Assembly (NCBI GenBank): GCA_046347635.1
Contig: JAXMFT010000003.1
Span: forward strand, 215,551 to 279,550
DNA: 64,000 bases
Origin: Burkholderiales bacterium
GTDB taxonomy: Bacteria > Pseudomonadota > Gammaproteobacteria > Burkholderiales > SG8-39
Direction: 5' to 3'
A program made the position numbers and the translations under genes. This document shows, piece after piece, positions 8,684 to 19,177 of this stretch (the stretch's first letter is position 1; each line of letters begins with the position of its first letter). Below the pieces are notes generated by a model. That model was not told the origin of the DNA and made no database searches. It saw only the letters and a program-made list of their open reading frames with translations.

Positions 8684-9436
8684 TCAGCCCGGGGACGGCT
8701 CGAAGGTCGCGCCCGCCGCGACCACCCCGCGCTTGAGCACCTCGATCGCCGCGGCCACTTCGGCCGGGTCGCCGCGCACGCCGAGCTCGATGTGGCGGCG
8801 CGCGCCGTCCTCGCCTGCGTGCGGCAGGCTGAAGACCTTGAGCTGGCGGTACTGCGCCTCCACCGCGACCATCAGCGGCGTGAGGGTGCTCTCGGCGGAG
8901 CCGAAGACGATGATCGCGGCCTCCGCCTCGGGCGTGCGGTGGTGCAGGTGCGCGTAGCGCGTGTCGAGGACGCTCTCGACCATCGGCCACGCCATCACCG
9001 GGAACCCCGGCAGGAAGTGGTGCTCGCGCACCGAGAATCCGGGGATCTGGTTGTACGCGTTGGGGATGATCGCCGCGCCGGCGGGAAACTCCACCATCTT
9101 CAGCCGCAGCGGCGTGGTCTCCGCGCCGAAGCGCGCGCGCACCAGCCGCTCGCCCTCCGCATGCAGGACGAGCGCGACGCCCAGCGCCGCCGCCGCGCAC
9201 TGGCGCGTGTGATCGTCCGGCGTCGCGCCGATGCCGCCGAACGAGAACACCGCGTCCGGCGCCGCGAACGTGCGCGCGAGCGTCGCCGTGATCCGTTCGG
9301 GGTCGTCGCCGACGTACTCGGCCCAGTCGAGACGCAGCCCGCGCGCGCCGAGCAGCTCGATCATCTTCGCGAAGTGCCGGTCCTGCCGCTTCCCGCGCAG
9401 GATCTCGTCCCCGATGATGATGGCGCCGAACCGCAT
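8684..9436 (-). CDS. CinA-N/MoCF-binding (MoaB/MogA-like) domain protein
   Basis: C-terminal 250 codons of the 999-aa ORF, starting at ATG 9436. MRFGAIIIGDEILRGKRQDRHFAKMIELL...FSFGGIGATPDDHT is typical of the molybdopterin-binding/CinA N-terminal fold. The upstream part of the ORF is low-complexity sequence antisense to hrpA. Confidence 0.65.
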   Translation of the reverse strand: MRFGAIIIGDEILRGKRQDRHFAKMIELLGARGLRLDWAEYVGDDPERITATLARTFAAPDAVFSFGGIGATPDDHTRQCAAAALGVALVLHAEGERLVRARFGAETTPLRLKMVEFPAGAAIIPNAYNQIPGFSVREHHFLPGFPVMAWPMVESVLDTRYAHLHHRTPEAEAAIIVFGSAESTLTPLMVAVEAQYRQLKVFSLPHAGEDGARRHIELGVRGDPAEVAAAIEVLKRGVVAAGATFEPSPG

Positions 9437-9465
9437 GAGCGAACCGCCGCGCGCGCGAGCCGCGC

Positions 9466-12400
9466 TCAGCGCCGGAGAGTCTGCCACAGCTTGTGCAGGC
9501 GCTTCGCCGACACCGGGACCGGCGTCCGCAGCTCCTGCGCGAAGAGCTGCACGCGCAGCTCCTCCAGCAGCCAGCGGAACTGCTCGAGCTGCGGATCCGC
9601 GGCGCCGGTCTTGCGCTGCCGCACGTCCTCGCGCAGCCATTGCGTCTCGAGCGGGGCGAGTTCGGCAAGCGCCCGGGCGTCGCGCGCCGGGTCGGCGCGC
9701 AGCTTCTCGAGACGCAGGCCGGCCGCCTTGAGATAGCGCGGAAAGTGCTGCAGCCGCTCCCAGGGCGTCGCCAGCACGAAATCCTTCGGAAGGAGGCGCG
9801 CGAGCTGCGCCCCGACGTCCCGCACCGCCTCCGGGAACGCTTTCGCCGCCTGCAGCTTCTTCTGCAGCGCCTGGTGCTCGGCGAGGATGACGCCGACCAG
9901 CCGCGCGAGCTCCTGCGCGATGAGCGCGAGCCGGGGGCGCGCCTCCTCGCAGCGGCGCGCGAACGCCTCCGCGGAGCACGGCAGCGGATCGGCCATGCAC
10001 GCCCGCTCGAACGCCGCGGCCACGAGCTGCGCCCGCAGCGCGTTCGCGTCGCCGAGGCCGGCGTACTGCAGCACCATCGCCTGCAGCCCGGGCAGGCTCT
10101 TCTCGATGTAGCGCGCCTGCTCCTTCAGCCGCAGCATGAAGAGGCGCCGCAGCCCCGCCCGATGCGCCGCCTGCGCCTTGTCGCGCGCGTCGAACACCTC
10201 CAGGTCGACCGAGTCGCCGCGATCGACGAGCGCCGGGTGGCCGATCAGCGTCTGCGGACCGCGCTTGAGCTCCATCACCTCCTCGAGCGGCCCGAACGAC
10301 CAGTCGGTGAGCCCCGTCTGCGCGGCGCCGGCGCCGGCGATGGCGGCGAACTGCTCGCCCGCCTCCCTGCCCAGCTCGGCGCGCAGCTGCGCGAGGTTGC
10401 GGCCCATCCCGAGCTGGCGGCCGTGCTCGTCGACCACGCGGAAGTTCATCCACAGGTGCGCCGGCACCGTCTCCGGCCGGAAGCCGTCTACGGGGACCAC
10501 CAGGTCGAGGGTCTCGCGCGCGTAGCGTGCGATCGCCTGGGCGAGCGGCGTGTCGCCCGGGGCGACCGCGGCGGCGAACCCGGCGCCGAACTCGGGAAGC
10601 GGTCCGAGCCGGTGGCGGAGCTTCTGCGGCAGCGATTTCGCGAGCAGCTGGACCTTCTCCTTGAGCAGGCCGGGAACGAGCCACTCGCAGCGCGCCGCGC
10701 TGACCTGGTTGAGCGCGACGAGCGGCACCGTCATCGTCACGCCGTCGCGCGGACCGCCGGGGTCGTGGAGGTACTCGAGCGCGAACGTGCGGCCGGCCAC
10801 CTCGAGCGCGGGCGGGAAGAGCTCGGTCGTGATCCCCGCCGCCTCGTGGCGCATCAGGTCTTCGCGCCTGAGGAAGAGGCGCTTCGGGTCCGTCCGCTCG
10901 AGCTCGGCGCGCCAGGCGTCGAAGCCCGCGCCGTTGTGGATGCCCTCGGGAACCAGGCTGTCGTAGAACGCGAAGATCAGCTCGTCGTCGACGAGCACGT
11001 CGGGGCGGCGCGACTTGTGCTCGAGCTTCTCGATCTCGCGCACCAGCCGCTGGTTGTGCTGGAAGAACGGCGCGCGCGAGTCCCAGTCGCCCTCGACCAG
11101 CGCCTGGCGGATGAAGATGCGCCGCGCCTCGGCCGGGTCGAGCGGCCCGTAGTGGATGCGGCGGTTGACGTACACCGGCAGGCCGTAGAGCGTCCCGCGC
11201 TCGAGCGCGACCACCTGCGCGGGCTTGCGCTCCCAGTGCGGATCGGCGTGCGCACGCTTCAGCAGATGTGCGCCGATCCGCTCCAGCCATTCGGGCTCGA
11301 CGCCGGCGACGCAGCGCGCGAAGAGCCGCGTCGTCTCGGTCAGCTCGGCGGCCATGACCCAGCGCGGCGCCTTCTTCGCGAGCGCGGAGCCGGGGTGCGT
11401 CCAGAACTTGATGCCGCGTGCGCCCTGGTAGCTCCCGTCGTCCGACTTCAGGCCGACGTTGCCGAGCAGCCCGGCGAGCAGCGCGCGATGCACGCGGGCG
11501 TACTGCTCGTTGTCCTGCTTCACCTCGCCTGCCTTCCATCCCAGCTCCGTCGTCAGCTCCTTGAGCTGCGCGTGGACGTCGCGCCACTCGCGCATCCGGT
11601 TGAACGAGAGGAAATGCTCGCGGCAGGCCTGGTGCAGCTTGCGGTTGGACTCGTGGTGCAGGCCGTCCTCGAAGAACTTCCACAGCTTGAGGTAGCCGAG
11701 GAAATCCGACCGCTCGTCGGCGAACGGCTTCTGCGCCGCGTCGGCGGCCTGCGCGCGCTCGAGCGGCCGCTCGCGCGGATCCTGCACCGACAGCGCGGCC
11801 GCGATCACGAGCACCTCGGCGAGGCTGCCCTCCTCGTGCGCGGCGAGCACCATGCGGCCGACGCGCGGGTCGACCGGCAGGCGCGCGAGGCTGCGCCCGA
11901 CCCCGGTCAGCTCGCGCGCATCGTCGACCGCGCCCAGCTCCTGGAGCAGCGCGTAGCCGTCGGCGATCGCCTTCGGCGCGGGCGGGTCGATGAACGGGAA
12001 CGCCTCGACCGCGCCCAGCCCGAGCGACTTCATGCGCAGGATGACCGCCGCCAGCGACGCGCGCAGGACCTCCGGGTCGGTGAACGCGGGCCGCCTGGCG
12101 AAGTCCTGTTCGTCGTAGAGCCGCAGGCAGACGCCCGCCGCGACCCGTCCGCAGCGGCCCGCGCGCTGCTGCGCCGCCGCCTGCGAGATGCGCTCGACCT
12201 GGAGCTGCTCGACCTTGCTGCGGTAGCTGTAGCGCTTGACGCGTGCGAATCCCGGGTCGACGACGTAGCGGATGCCCGGCACGGTCAGCGAGGTCTCCGC
12301 GACGTTCGTCGCGAGGACGATGCGCCGGCCCGGACGAGACCTGAAGACTCTCTCCTGCTCCTGGGCGGAGAGGCGCGCGTACAGCGGCAGGATCTCGCGC

Positions 12401-13218
12401 GTCTCACCCCGGGCCGGCGGGTGGTGCTTGCGCAGCGCCTCCGCCGCCTCGCGGATCTCGCGCTCGCCGGGCAGGAAGACGAGCACGTCGCCGGGCCCCT
12501 GCCGCGCCGCCTCGTCCACCGCGTCGACGATCGCCTCGTTCACGTCGAGCTCGCCGTCCTCGTTCTCCTGCACCGGGCGATAGCGCACCTCCACCGGGAA
12601 GAGCCGGCCGGACACCTCGATCACCGGCGCGCCGCCGAAGTGTCTTGCGAACCGCTCCGCGTCGATCGTCGCCGAGGTGACGATCAGCTTGAGGTCGGGG
12701 CGGCGCGGCAGCAGCGCGCGGACGTAGCCGAGCAGGAAATCGATGTTGAGGCTGCGCTCGTGGGCTTCGTCGATGATCAGCGTGTCGTACTGGCGGAGCT
12801 CCGGATCGCCTTGCGTCTCGGCGAGCAGGATGCCGTCGGTCATCAGCTTGACGTAGCTCGACGGGCTGGTGCGGCCGGTGAAGCGGATCTTGAAGCCGAC
12901 GGCCTGGCCGAGCTCGGTCTTCAGCTCGTGCGCGATGCGCGCGGCGGTCGCGCGGGCGGCGATCCGCCGCGGCTGCGTGTGCCCGATCAGCCCTTCGACC
13001 CCGCGGCCGAGCTCGAGGCAGATCTTCGGCAGCTGCGTGGTCTTGCCCGAGCCGGTCTCGCCGCAGACGATGACGACCGGGTGGGCGCGGATGGCCCGCG
13101 CGATCTCGGCGCGCCGCGCCGCGATCGGAAGGTCCTCCGGGAAGGACGGGCGCGGAAGGTTGCGGCGGCGCGCCTCGAGCTCGGCCGGCGAGCGGCGCGG
13201 CGCGACCACCGCGGTCAT
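9466..13218 (-). CDS. hrpA: ATP-dependent RNA helicase HrpA (DEAH box)
   Basis: 1250 aa with GETGSGKTTQLPK (Walker A) and IIDEAHERSL (DEAH box). The long C-terminal extension is typical of HrpA. Confidence 0.9.
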   Translation of the reverse strand: MTAVVAPRRSPAELEARRRNLPRPSFPEDLPIAARRAEIARAIRAHPVVIVCGETGSGKTTQLPKICLELGRGVEGLIGHTQPRRIAARATAARIAHELKTELGQAVGFKIRFTGRTSPSSYVKLMTDGILLAETQGDPELRQYDTLIIDEAHERSLNIDFLLGYVRALLPRRPDLKLIVTSATIDAERFARHFGGAPVIEVSGRLFPVEVRYRPVQENEDGELDVNEAIVDAVDEAARQGPGDVLVFLPGEREIREAAEALRKHHPPARGETREILPLYARLSAQEQERVFRSRPGRRIVLATNVAETSLTVPGIRYVVDPGFARVKRYSYRSKVEQLQVERISQAAAQQRAGRCGRVAAGVCLRLYDEQDFARRPAFTDPEVLRASLAAVILRMKSLGLGAVEAFPFIDPPAPKAIADGYALLQELGAVDDARELTGVGRSLARLPVDPRVGRMVLAAHEEGSLAEVLVIAAALSVQDPRERPLERAQAADAAQKPFADERSDFLGYLKLWKFFEDGLHHESNRKLHQACREHFLSFNRMREWRDVHAQLKELTTELGWKAGEVKQDNEQYARVHRALLAGLLGNVGLKSDDGSYQGARGIKFWTHPGSALAKKAPRWVMAAELTETTRLFARCVAGVEPEWLERIGAHLLKRAHADPHWERKPAQVVALERGTLYGLPVYVNRRIHYGPLDPAEARRIFIRQALVEGDWDSRAPFFQHNQRLVREIEKLEHKSRRPDVLVDDELIFAFYDSLVPEGIHNGAGFDAWRAELERTDPKRLFLRREDLMRHEAAGITTELFPPALEVAGRTFALEYLHDPGGPRDGVTMTVPLVALNQVSAARCEWLVPGLLKEKVQLLAKSLPQKLRHRLGPLPEFGAGFAAAVAPGDTPLAQAIARYARETLDLVVPVDGFRPETVPAHLWMNFRVVDEHGRQLGMGRNLAQLRAELGREAGEQFAAIAGAGAAQTGLTDWSFGPLEEVMELKRGPQTLIGHPALVDRGDSVDLEVFDARDKAQAAHRAGLRRLFMLRLKEQARYIEKSLPGLQAMVLQYAGLGDANALRAQLVAAAFERACMADPLPCSAEAFARRCEEARPRLALIAQELARLVGVILAEHQALQKKLQAAKAFPEAVRDVGAQLARLLPKDFVLATPWERLQHFPRYLKAAGLRLEKLRADPARDARALAELAPLETQWLREDVRQRKTGAADPQLEQFRWLLEELRVQLFAQELRTPVPVSAKRLHKLWQTLRR

Positions 13219-13808
13219 TCGCTCCCTGCGCCCAGCAGGCGCTCGGCGTAGCGCGCGAGGAGGTCCGCCTCGAGGTTCACCCGCGCGCCCGGCGCCAGGT
13301 GCTTCAGCGTCGTCACCGCGAGCGTGTGCGGAATGAGGTTGATCTCGAACTCGGCGCCGTCCACCCGGTTGACCGTCAGGCTCACCCCCTGCACCGCGAT
13401 CGAGCCCTTGCGGGCGACGTACCGGGCGAGGTCGGCGGGCGCGCGGATCACCAGGCGGTGACTCTCCCCCACCGGCGCGAAGGCGACCACCTCGCCGACG
13501 CCGTCGACGTGGCCCGACACGAGGTGACCGCCGAGGCGGTCGGCGAGGCGCAGCGATTTCTCGAGGTTGACTTCGCCCGGCGCGCCCAGGCCGACGGTGC
13601 AGTCGATCGTCTCCTGCGACACGTCGACCTCGAAGCGCCGTCCCGCGAGCGCGATCACCGTGAGACAGCAGCCGTTGACCGCGATCGAGTCGCCGACCGC
13701 GACGTCGCTCACGTCCAGCGCGCCGGCGTCGATCGCGAGGCGCAGCCCCTTCGCCCGCGGTTCCGCTCGCTCGATACGGCCGATCGCTGCAACGATTCCG
13801 GTGAACAT
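13215..13808 (-). CDS. ribE: Riboflavin synthase alpha chain
   Basis: C-terminal 197 codons of the 489-aa ORF, starting at ATG 13808. MFTGIVAAIGRIE...GDSIAVNGCCLTV...GSIAVQGVSLTV shows the two lumazine-binding repeats. Its stop overlaps the hrpA start (ATGA at 13215-13218). Confidence 0.9.
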   Translation of the reverse strand: MFTGIVAAIGRIERAEPRAKGLRLAIDAGALDVSDVAVGDSIAVNGCCLTVIALAGRRFEVDVSQETIDCTVGLGAPGEVNLEKSLRLADRLGGHLVSGHVDGVGEVVAFAPVGESHRLVIRAPADLARYVARKGSIAVQGVSLTVNRVDGAEFEINLIPHTLAVTTLKHLAPGARVNLEADLLARYAERLLGAGSE

Positions 13809-13819
13809 CCCTCTCCCCT

Positions 13820-14923
13820 TCAGGCTGCCGGCGCGAAGCGCGCCACGATCCGCAGGTCCTCGCCGACCCGCTCGACGGCGCGTACCACGAGCCGCCGCCG
13901 CTCCGCCAGATCCCCGATCGCGGGCAGGTTGAACATCCCCCGCCCGCTCTCGCCGATCAGGCTCGGCGCGAGGTACGCCAGGAGCTCGTCGACGACGCCC
14001 GCCGCGACGAGCGACCCGTTCAGCTTGAACCCGGCCTCGACGTGGATCTCGTTCAGCGCGCGCCGCGCGAGCTCGCGCACGAGCTCGTTCAGATCGACCT
14101 TGCCCGCCGCGTCCGGCAGCACGACGACCTCCGCCCCGCGCTCGCGCAGGCGCGCGATCCGGTCGCGATCGTCGACCGCGGCGGCGACGAGCGTGCGCCC
14201 GGCGGCGAACAGGCGCGCCTGCGGCGAGACCTCGAGGCGCGAGTCGACCAGCACCTTGAGCGGCTGGCGCGAGGTCTCCACCGCGCGCACCGTGAGCTGC
14301 GGGTCGTCGTCCTTCACCGTGCCGATGCCGGTCAGCAGCGCGCACGCACGCGCGCGCCAGCGGTGCCCGTCGGCGCGCGCCGCCTCGCCGGTGATCCACT
14401 GACTGCGGCCGTTGCCGAGCGCGGTCTTGCCGTCGAGCGTCGCGGCGACCTTGAGCCGCACCCAGGGACGCCCGCGCGTCATGCGCGCGACGAAGCCGAC
14501 GTTCAGCTCGCGCGCCTCGTCCTCCAGCAGGCCGCTCGCGACCTCGATCCCGGCGGCGCGCAGCCGCGCGAAGCCTGCGCCCGCCACGCGCGGGTTCGGG
14601 TCGCCCATCGCGGCGACCAACCGCCGCACGCCGGCGGCGATCAGGGCGTCGGCGCACGGCGGCGTGCGGCCATGGTGGCTGCACGGTTCGAGCGTGAGAT
14701 AGACCGTCGCGCCCGCCGCGCGCGCGCCGGCCGCGCGCAGCGCGTGGATCTCCGCGTGCGCCTCCCCCGCGCGCTCGTGGAAGCCCTCCCCGACGATCGC
14801 GCCGTCGCGCACGATCACGCAGCCGACGCGCGGGTTGGGGGTGGTGGTGAACAGGCCGCGCTCGGCGAGCTGCAGGGCGCGGGCCATGAAGCGGGCGTCC
14901 TGCGGGCCGAACGCGGTCGACAT
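13820..14923 (-). CDS. ribD: Bifunctional riboflavin biosynthesis deaminase/reductase
   Basis: 367 aa. HAEIHAL...TLEPCSHHGRTPPCADALI is the deaminase zinc motif, followed by a C-terminal reductase domain. Confidence 0.9.
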   Translation of the reverse strand: MSTAFGPQDARFMARALQLAERGLFTTTPNPRVGCVIVRDGAIVGEGFHERAGEAHAEIHALRAAGARAAGATVYLTLEPCSHHGRTPPCADALIAAGVRRLVAAMGDPNPRVAGAGFARLRAAGIEVASGLLEDEARELNVGFVARMTRGRPWVRLKVAATLDGKTALGNGRSQWITGEAARADGHRWRARACALLTGIGTVKDDDPQLTVRAVETSRQPLKVLVDSRLEVSPQARLFAAGRTLVAAAVDDRDRIARLRERGAEVVVLPDAAGKVDLNELVRELARRALNEIHVEAGFKLNGSLVAAGVVDELLAYLAPSLIGESGRGMFNLPAIGDLAERRRLVVRAVERVGEDLRIVARFAPAA

Positions 14924-14941
14924 GGGGCGCAGCCCGCGCCG

Positions 14942-15427
14942 CTACTTCCCCTGCGCCCGCGGCCGCGCCTTGCGCCCGGGACGCTTGAGCTCGAGCACCT
15001 TCTCGCGGAACTCGTCGACGCGCTGGAAGTCCTCGTAGACCGAGGCGAAGCGGATGTAGGCGACGCTGTCCATCTTCTTCAGCTCCTGCATCACCATCTC
15101 GCCGATGGTGCGGGAGCTGATCTCGCGCTCCCCGCGCGCGAGGACGCGCTGCTCGATGCGGTCGATCGCCGCGTCGACGTACTGCGTCGGCACCGGGCGC
15201 TTGTGCAGCGCGCGCGCGAAGCCGGTGCGGATCTTCTCGCGCTCATAGGGGATGCGGAATCCGCTCGCCTTCACCACCACCGGCATCGCGAGCTCGACCC
15301 GCTCGTAGGTCGTGAAGCGCTTGTCGCAGCTCTCGCACTCGCGCCGGCGCCGGATGGTCTGTCCGTCCTCCGCGACGCGCGTGTCGATGACCGCGGTCTG
15401 CTCGGACTTGCAGTACGGGCACTTCAT
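14942..15427 (-). CDS. nrdR: Transcriptional repressor NrdR
   Basis: 161 aa. MKCPYCKSEQTAVIDTR...CESCDKRFTTYE is the zinc ribbon, followed by an ATP-cone. Confidence 0.95.
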   Translation of the reverse strand: MKCPYCKSEQTAVIDTRVAEDGQTIRRRRECESCDKRFTTYERVELAMPVVVKASGFRIPYEREKIRTGFARALHKRPVPTQYVDAAIDRIEQRVLARGEREISSRTIGEMVMQELKKMDSVAYIRFASVYEDFQRVDEFREKVLELKRPGRKARPRAQGK

Positions 15428-15433
15428 CGCGCC

Positions 15434-16711
15434 TCACGCCGCCCGCTCGACGCCGGGCGCGGCGCGCGCGTCCGGGTAGACCGGGAAGCGCTGGCAGAGG
15501 GCGCGCGCCTCGTCGCGCACGCGCGCGATGGTCGCCTCGTCGCGCGGCGCGTCGAGCACGTCCCCGATCAGGTTCGCCACGTGCTCGGCCTCGATCTCCT
15601 TGAACCCGCGCGTGGTCATCGCCGGCGTGCCGATGCGCATGCCGCTGGTCACGGTCGGGTTCTGCGGGTCGTTCGGGATCGCGTTCTTGTTGAGCGTGAT
15701 GTGGGCGCGCTCGAGGACGTCCTCGGCCTCCTTGCCGGTGATGCCCTTGGAGCGCAGGTCGACCAGGAACAGGTGCGAGTCGGTGCGGCCGGAGACGATG
15801 CGCGCGCCGCGCTCGGCCAGCACCTTCGACATGACCTGCGCGTTCGCGATCACCTGCTCCTGGTAGCGCCTGAAATCGCGCCCCATGGCCTCCCGGAACG
15901 CGACCGCCTTCGCGGCGATGACGTGCATGAGCGGCCCGCCCTGCAGCGTCGGGAACACCGCGGCGTTCAGCCGCTTCGCGTGCTCCCGTGCCGCGAGCAG
16001 CATCCCGCCGCGCGGCCCGCGCAGCGTCTTGTGCGTGGTCGTCGTCACGAAGTCGGCGATCCCCACCGGGCTCGGGTAGACGCCGGCCGCGACCAGGCCG
16101 GCGTAGTGCGCGATGTCCGCCAGGAGGTACGCGCCGACCGCGTCGGCGATCTTGCGGAAGCGCTTCCAGTCGATCTGCAGCGAATAGGCCGACGCCCCGG
16201 CGACGATCAGCTTCGCCTTGTGTCCCTTCGCGAGGTGCTCGACCTGCTCGTAGTCGATCTCCTCGTGCTCGTCGAGGCCGTAGTAGAACGCCTGGTAGAT
16301 CTTGCCCGAGAGGTTGATCGGAGCGCCGTGGGTGATGTGGCCGCCGTGCGCGAGCGACATGCCGAGCATGACCTCGCCGGGCTTGAGCACCGCCGCGTAG
16401 ATCGCGTGGTTCGCCTGCGAGCCCGAGTGCGGCTGGACGTTGGCGTACTCGCACCCGAACAGCTTCTGCGCGCGCTCGACCGCGAGCGTCTCGACGATGT
16501 CGACGTACTCGCACCCGCCGTAGTAGCGCTTGCCCGGGTAGCCCTCGGCGTACTTGTTCGTGAGGACCGAGCCCTGCGCCGCGAGCACCGCCGGGCTGGC
16601 GTAGTTCTCGGAGGCGATCAGCTCGATGTGGTCTTCCTGGCGCCCGATCTCCGCTGCCATCGCGCGCCAGAGCTCGGGGTCGGACTTCGCGAGAGGCTCG
16701 CTCGAGAACAT
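15434..16711 (-). CDS. glyA: Serine hydroxymethyltransferase
   Basis: I prefer ATG 16711 ([18 protein letters not shown]...IELIASENY) over the track start at 16858. [14 protein letters not shown] is the PLP-lysine motif. Confidence 0.9.
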   Translation of the reverse strand: MFSSEPLAKSDPELWRAMAAEIGRQEDHIELIASENYASPAVLAAQGSVLTNKYAEGYPGKRYYGGCEYVDIVETLAVERAQKLFGCEYANVQPHSGSQANHAIYAAVLKPGEVMLGMSLAHGGHITHGAPINLSGKIYQAFYYGLDEHEEIDYEQVEHLAKGHKAKLIVAGASAYSLQIDWKRFRKIADAVGAYLLADIAHYAGLVAAGVYPSPVGIADFVTTTTHKTLRGPRGGMLLAAREHAKRLNAAVFPTLQGGPLMHVIAAKAVAFREAMGRDFRRYQEQVIANAQVMSKVLAERGARIVSGRTDSHLFLVDLRSKGITGKEAEDVLERAHITLNKNAIPNDPQNPTVTSGMRIGTPAMTTRGFKEIEAEHVANLIGDVLDAPRDEATIARVRDEARALCQRFPVYPDARAAPGVERAA

Positions 16712-16794
16712 GGCGCGGCGCACGTCGTCAATGAGGGAGGCCGCGTAGTCTATCATGCTGCACCGCACGAGACGGGTATCGAACGCACCGGACC

Positions 16795-17415
16795 ATGAGC
16801 GAAGAGGCCGAATCGAAGCTGAAGCGCGGACCGCGCCTCGACCCCGCCGCGGCCGCATTCTGGGACGCGCGCTATCGCGAGTCGTTCACGCCGTGGGACG
16901 CCGGCGGGACGCCCGCCGCGCTCGCGCGCTTTCTCGCCGCCGAGCGCGCGCCCCTGCGGGTGCTCATCCCCGGCTGCGGGTCGGGGTACGAGGCGCGCGA
17001 CTTCGCTGAACGCGGGCACGACGTGCTCGCCATCGACTTCAGCGAGGCGGCGCTCGCCCGGGCACGCGCCGCGCTGGGCGAGTGGGCGCGCGTCCTGCGG
17101 CAGGCCGATTTCTTCGCCGACGATCTCGGCGCCCCGTTCGACCTCGTCTACGAGCGCGCCTTCGTCTGCGCGCTGCCGCGCAAGCTCTGGGCGGACTGGG
17201 CGGCGCGCGTCGCGGGGCTCGTGCGGCCGGGCGGTCGCCTGGCCGGGTTCTTCTTCTTCGGCGAGGAGGAGCGCGGTCCGCCGTTCGGACTGCGCAGCGG
17301 CGAACCCGGCAGCCTCCTCGGGGGCGCGTTCGCGCCGCTCGCGGACGCCGCGGTCGACGATTCGATCCCGATCTTCGCCGGGCGGGAGCGCTGGCAGGTG
17401 TGGCGGCGGGTCTGA
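16795..17415 (+). CDS. SAM-dependent methyltransferase, thiopurine S-methyltransferase (TPMT)-like
   Basis: 206 aa. [17 protein letters not shown]...[33 protein letters not shown] resembles the TPMT-family N-terminus and SAM motif I. Confidence 0.65.
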   Translation: MSEEAESKLKRGPRLDPAAAAFWDARYRESFTPWDAGGTPAALARFLAAERAPLRVLIPGCGSGYEARDFAERGHDVLAIDFSEAALARARAALGEWARVLRQADFFADDLGAPFDLVYERAFVCALPRKLWADWAARVAGLVRPGGRLAGFFFFGEEERGPPFGLRSGEPGSLLGGAFAPLADAAVDDSIPIFAGRERWQVWRRV

Positions 17416-17436
17416 ACGGCCCCGCCCGCCCGGGCC

Positions 17437-18411
17437 TCAGGTGATCAGCCCGCAGATCGTCTCGAGGTCGACGTTCCCGCCCGAGATCACCACCCCGATC
17501 CGCCTGCCGCGCGTGTCGTGCGCGCCGGCGAGGAGCCCCGCCGCGGCGAGCGCGCCGGTCGGCTCCACGACGATCTTCATGCGCTCCCAGAGGTAGCGCA
17601 TCGCCGCGAGCAGGTCGGCGTCGGACACGGTCATCATGTCGTGCACGTACGCGAGCACCAGCGGAAAGGTCACCGTCCCGAGCGACGGGGTGCGCGCGCC
17701 GTCGGCGATCGTGTCGGGGTTGTGCACCGTCTGCAGGGTCCGGGTGCGAAACGACCGCGTGGCGTCGTCGCCCGCCGCCGGCTCGACGCCCACCACCTTG
17801 CACCCCGGCGCGAGCTGCGCGGCCGCGATCGCGCAGCCGGAGAGGAGCCCTCCGCCCCCGCAGCACACGAACAGCCAGTCGAGCGCGCCCGCCTCGTCGA
17901 ACAGCTCCTGCGCCGCCGTGCCCTGGCCGGCCACCACGTGCGGGTGGTCGTACGGCGGGATGACCGTCAGCCCGCGCTCGCGCGCGATCGCGGCGCCGAG
18001 CGCTTCGCGCGCGGCCGCGCGCCGGTCGTAGGTGACGACCTCGCCGCCGTAGCCGCGCGTCGCCGCGAGCTTCACCGCGGGCGCGTCCTCCGGCATCACG
18101 ATCGTCGTGCGGACGCCGAGCAGCCGGCCGGCGAGGGCGACCGCCTGCGCGTGGTTGCCGGAGGAGTAGGCGAGCACCCCCCGCCGCCGCGCCTCCGGGG
18201 AGAGCTGCGCGAGCGCGTTGTATGCGCCGCGGAACTTGAACGCGCCCATGCGCTGGAAGTTCTCGCACTTGAAGAACACCTGCGCGCCGGTGCGCTCGTC
18301 CACGGTGCGCGAGGTCAGCACCGGCGTGCGGTGGGCGATGCCGGCGAGCCGCCGCGCCGCGTCGGCGACGTCGGCGTACGAAACGGGCAGCGATCCGGGC
18401 GGGGCGTTCAC
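17437..18411 (-). CDS. PLP-dependent threonine/serine dehydratase (short form, no regulatory domain)
   Basis: 324 aa. FFKCENFQRMGAFKFRGAYN is the PLP-lysine motif, and there is a glycine-rich GGGGLLSG loop. Confidence 0.8.
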   Translation of the reverse strand: MNAPPGSLPVSYADVADAARRLAGIAHRTPVLTSRTVDERTGAQVFFKCENFQRMGAFKFRGAYNALAQLSPEARRRGVLAYSSGNHAQAVALAGRLLGVRTTIVMPEDAPAVKLAATRGYGGEVVTYDRRAAAREALGAAIARERGLTVIPPYDHPHVVAGQGTAAQELFDEAGALDWLFVCCGGGGLLSGCAIAAAQLAPGCKVVGVEPAAGDDATRSFRTRTLQTVHNPDTIADGARTPSLGTVTFPLVLAYVHDMMTVSDADLLAAMRYLWERMKIVVEPTGALAAAGLLAGAHDTRGRRIGVVISGGNVDLETICGLIT

Positions 18412-18433
18412 GCGGCGATTGTCCCCGCTCCGG

Positions 18434-19060
18434 CTACTCGTCGTCCAGCGCGGCGGCGGGCAGGTGCGCGACGTCGGCCCAGTCCTCGACCGTCCACTTC
18501 CGCCCCTCGATGCGCAGCCGGCTGAGCGCCGCGTTCGGCACCGCGAAAGTGCGCGGCATCTCGAGCGCGATCCCGTGCGCGCGCCGGTACACGATGCCGA
18601 GCACCCCGCCGTGCGTCACCACCGCGACGCGCGCATCGCCGTGCAGCGCGGCGAGCCGCTCGAAGGCCGCGAAGACGCGGTCGCGGAACTCGATCCCGCT
18701 CTCGCCCTCCGCGACCCGGTAGTCCTGGTCGCGCGCGACGAGCCGCCGGTACGCCTCCGCGTGACGCGCTTCGATCTCGGCCCAGGTCAGGCCCTCGGCC
18801 ACGCCGTAGCAGCGCTCGCGCAGGCGCCGGTCGGGCTCGATCGCGAGCCCCAGCCCCGCCGCGATCGGCGCCGCGGTGGCCTGCGCGCGGCCGAGGTCGC
18901 TCGCGACCAGCGCGTCGACGGCCTCCCGCGCGAGCCGGTCCGCGACCGCGGCGGCCTGCGCGCGCCCCGCGGCGGAGAGCGGGCTGTCGTGCCAGCCCTG
19001 CAGGCGGCCGGCGACGTTCCAGTGGGTCTCGCCGTGTCGGACGATGAGGAAAGTGGTCAC
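18434..19060 (-). CDS. Histidine phosphatase (phosphoglycerate mutase-like) family protein
   Basis: 208 aa. MTTFLIVRHGETHWN carries the RHG catalytic motif. Confidence 0.8.
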   Translation of the reverse strand: MTTFLIVRHGETHWNVAGRLQGWHDSPLSAAGRAQAAAVADRLAREAVDALVASDLGRAQATAAPIAAGLGLAIEPDRRLRERCYGVAEGLTWAEIEARHAEAYRRLVARDQDYRVAEGESGIEFRDRVFAAFERLAALHGDARVAVVTHGGVLGIVYRRAHGIALEMPRTFAVPNAALSRLRIEGRKWTVEDWADVAHLPAAALDDE

Positions 19061-19177
19061 GAGTTCCGCGCGGCGCAGGGCCGCGCACCGGCATTAGTTC
19101 GCGCGCCCGGCCCGCGGCGCGAGCGGCGGCGGCGGCGTTAGTTTATCGTCCCGACGCGCTCGCGACGCCCGCCCACG

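Noticed and set aside
9493-13251. 1252-aa plus-strand ORF
   Set aside because: It is antisense to hrpA, whose frame carries the Walker A and DEAH motifs. The composition is Arg/Leu/Glu/Ala-biased and has no recognisable motif.
14042-16798. 918-aa plus-strand ORF spanning ribD, nrdR and glyA
   Set aside because: It is antisense to three well-supported genes at once and has low-complexity R/A/D/H composition.
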